A stretch of 64,000 nt of DNA from a bacterium (GTDB taxonomy: Bacteria > UBA8248): positions 1,888,001-1,952,000 of the forward strand of contig OY843592.1 of NCBI GenBank assembly GCA_963692865.2. Reading direction: 5' to 3'. The stretch's first letter is position 1, and each line of letters starts with the position of its first letter. The translations under genes and the position numbers were made by a program. The notes under the pieces were generated by a model. It saw only the letters and a program-made list of their open reading frames with translations, made no database searches and had not been told where the DNA came from. Positions 62,013 through 64,000 of this stretch are shown here, one piece after another.

Positions 62013-62075
62013 TGAATATGTTTTCGCTTTTTATACTTGATTCTGAACATATTTTCGCGTATGTTTAGCGAAAAT
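62013..62075 (+). promoter_or_regulatory. Candidate recA promoter with overlapping repeated operator (putative LexA-type site)
   Basis: TTGATT(62037)-17 nt-TATGTT(62060); direct repeat TGAAYATRTTTTCGC at 62013 and 62044. Confidence 0.5.
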
Positions 62076-62254
62076 TAACCGCCGCTGCCGTTGGGGATTA
62101 TGGATAGACAAGAGGATGGGGTTTTCTCAACGGAGGCCCTTTTGTGAGTGACGGCGTTTGCCGTATTGCGGAAAACGGGTCGATACCCTACATTCAACCT
62201 ATGTCCGCCATCGCCCGAACCGGTGCGCATTCCTCCATCCAAGGGAGTTTTCCG

Positions 62255-63349
62255 ATGAACCTCAAGAACGGGTCACCCTCCGAGAAATCCGAGAACCCGC
62301 AAGGGCGTGAGCGCCGCGAGAAGGCGCTGGACATGGCTTTCAACCAGATCAACCGCCAATTCGGCAAAGGCTCCATCATGCGCCTGGGCGAAGGGCCGGG
62401 CGTGGAGGCGATTCCGGCCATTTCTACGGGTTCGGTATCGCTCGACGCCGCCTTGGGCTGCGGCGGCGTGCCGCGCGGGCGCATCGTGGAGATTTTCGGG
62501 CCCGAGTCCTCGGGCAAGACGACCATCGCGCTGCAAATTATCGCGCAGGTACAGCGGGGCGGCGGAATGGCCGCCTTCGTGGACGCGGAGCACGCGCTGG
62601 ATCCGCTTTACGCCAAGGCGCTCGGGGTGCAGACGGACAACCTCATCGTCTCCCAGCCCGACACGGGCGAGCAGGCCCTGGAGATCGCCGAGATTCTGAC
62701 GAGCAGCGGCTCGCTCGACGTGGTCGTCATCGACTCCGTGGCCGCTCTGGTGCCCAAGGCGGAACTCGAAGGAGACATGGGGGATCACCACGTCGGCCTC
62801 CAGGCGCGGCTCATGAGCCAGGCGCTCCGCAAGCTCACGGGCGTGGTGCACCGCAGCAATACGTGCTTTATCTTCATCAACCAGATTCGCATGAAGATCG
62901 GCGTGATGTTCGGCAACCCGGAAACGACTTCGGGCGGAAACGCGCTCAAATTCTACTCCTCCGTGCGCCTGGACATCCGGCGAATCGCCTCCATCAAGGA
63001 AGGCGAGAACAACGTGGGAAACAGGACGCGGGTGCGCGTGGTGAAGAACAAGCTCGCGCCTCCGTTCCGCACGGCGGAGTTCGACATCATGTTCGGGCGC
63101 GGCGTCTCCAGAGAAGGCGACGTGCTCGATTTGGCGGTCGAGAAAGGCATCGTCGCCAAGACGGGGGCGTGGTATTCCTACGGCGAGGAGCGCATCGGCC
63201 AGGGGCGCGAGAACGTCAAGCGTTTCTTGAGCGAGAACGCGGATCTGTTTGCGGAAATCGACGCCCAGGTGCGCGCCGCCGTCGGAATCGGCGCGCCGAA
63301 AGCGGCGCCGAAGACCGAAGAGGCGCCCCGGGCGGCGGCGCCGAAATAG
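62255..63349 (+). CDS. recA: Recombinase A
   Basis: [37 protein letters not shown]. Confidence 0.99.
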   Translation: MNLKNGSPSEKSENPQGRERREKALDMAFNQINRQFGKGSIMRLGEGPGVEAIPAISTGSVSLDAALGCGGVPRGRIVEIFGPESSGKTTIALQIIAQVQRGGGMAAFVDAEHALDPLYAKALGVQTDNLIVSQPDTGEQALEIAEILTSSGSLDVVVIDSVAALVPKAELEGDMGDHHVGLQARLMSQALRKLTGVVHRSNTCFIFINQIRMKIGVMFGNPETTSGGNALKFYSSVRLDIRRIASIKEGENNVGNRTRVRVVKNKLAPPFRTAEFDIMFGRGVSREGDVLDLAVEKGIVAKTGAWYSYGEERIGQGRENVKRFLSENADLFAEIDAQVRAAVGIGAPKAAPKTEEAPRAAAPK

Positions 63350-63396
63350 GGCCTGAAACGGCGTAACCTAATAAGTATCAAATATATAAGCTTTCG

Positions 63397-63453
63397 GAAA
63401 TTTATCGAAAAACGTCGTGAATTTATACGATTTTATCCATATTTTCAGGAATT
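63397..63453. repeat. AT-rich dispersed repeat, copy 2
   Basis: Matches 6081-6122; ATTTTCAGGAATT also shared (6074 vs 63441). Confidence 0.8.
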
Positions 63454-63799
63454 CGAAGCCGGGTATTTCCGCTCTGCGCCGGGGATGTCCCATCGTTTCG
63501 ACATCCTCGTTTCCGTCGTCCTGTCACCGCGCCGCATGAGTCCACGAGAACGCCTCCTCGCGGCGGATTCTGCCGCGTCCCGGGAGCGGACCGATAACGG
63601 CAAATGCGGGCAAATGCGCGCCGCTCCGGGGCGGGGGAGAAAGAGAGGGCGTTTGGAAGTGGGAGAGTGCGCGTCCGATCGGCAAGCGCCTTGGCTCTTT
63701 TTTTGCTTCCGCGAAAGCGTAATCCCTCATTTTCCTCGGGACGTTCATCCTCCGGCAGGGATAACCATTCCCCATTTGTTCGGGGCAATCTCTCTCCTT

Positions 63800-63993
63800 G
63801 GGCTGTTGAAAAACCCCTCTCTGCCTCATCCTGAGTAGCGGCGAAGCCGCGTATCGAAGGATGCCCTCTCGCTCCGGCGCAAGGCGTTCGACTCCCCTCG
63901 CCCTTCGATATGCCGCCTTCGGCGGCTACTCAGGGTGAGGAAAGAGGCGTTGGCGGTTCGCAGGGGTCGCAGACGGGGGTTTTGCAACAGCCC
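63800..63993. mobile_element. 194-bp MITE-like element with GGGCTGTTG(A/C)AAAACCCC termini enclosing an inverted CCTCATCCTGAGTAGC..TCGAAGG pair
   Basis: Terminal inverted repeats and inner arms (63824-63860, 63902-63940) read directly. Confidence 0.8.
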
Positions 63994-64000
63994 CTCGTCA

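Overview
High-GC bacterial chromosomal window in two contrasting parts. From ~6 to 33.4 kb is an accessory mosaic. It holds an XhoI/PaeR7I-family restriction locus with two methyltransferases and an NDT-like gene, a degenerate SNase-fold protein, a zeta-like ATPase pair, a sugar ABC transporter, msrA, an orphan rutB, an HD/LsrF/ADH block, DUF429, recD2, mazG and a 1506-aa autotransporter with tandem Cache domains. Most of these modules are separated by dense clusters of nested palindromic repeats: GTAG-type REPs, CTCCCCCCTTGAGGGG hairpins, and GGCTGTTGAAAAA IS-like ends/MITEs. From 33.6 to 63.3 kb is mostly core genes with no such repeats seen: mutL, guaBA, dnaE, lipB, exbBD, rplM-rpsI, argCJ, rpsB-tsf-pyrH-frr-uppS-cdsA-dxr and pgpA-cinA-thpR-recA. 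No tRNA, rRNA, CRISPR array, transposase or integrase was recognised. The best candidates for undescribed biology are (i) the Cache-repeat autotransporter, (ii) the hierarchical repeat system in which IS-like ends abut other hairpins and bracket single-gene cassettes, and (iii) the RM + NDT module. All calls are by-eye motif recognition; no searches were run.
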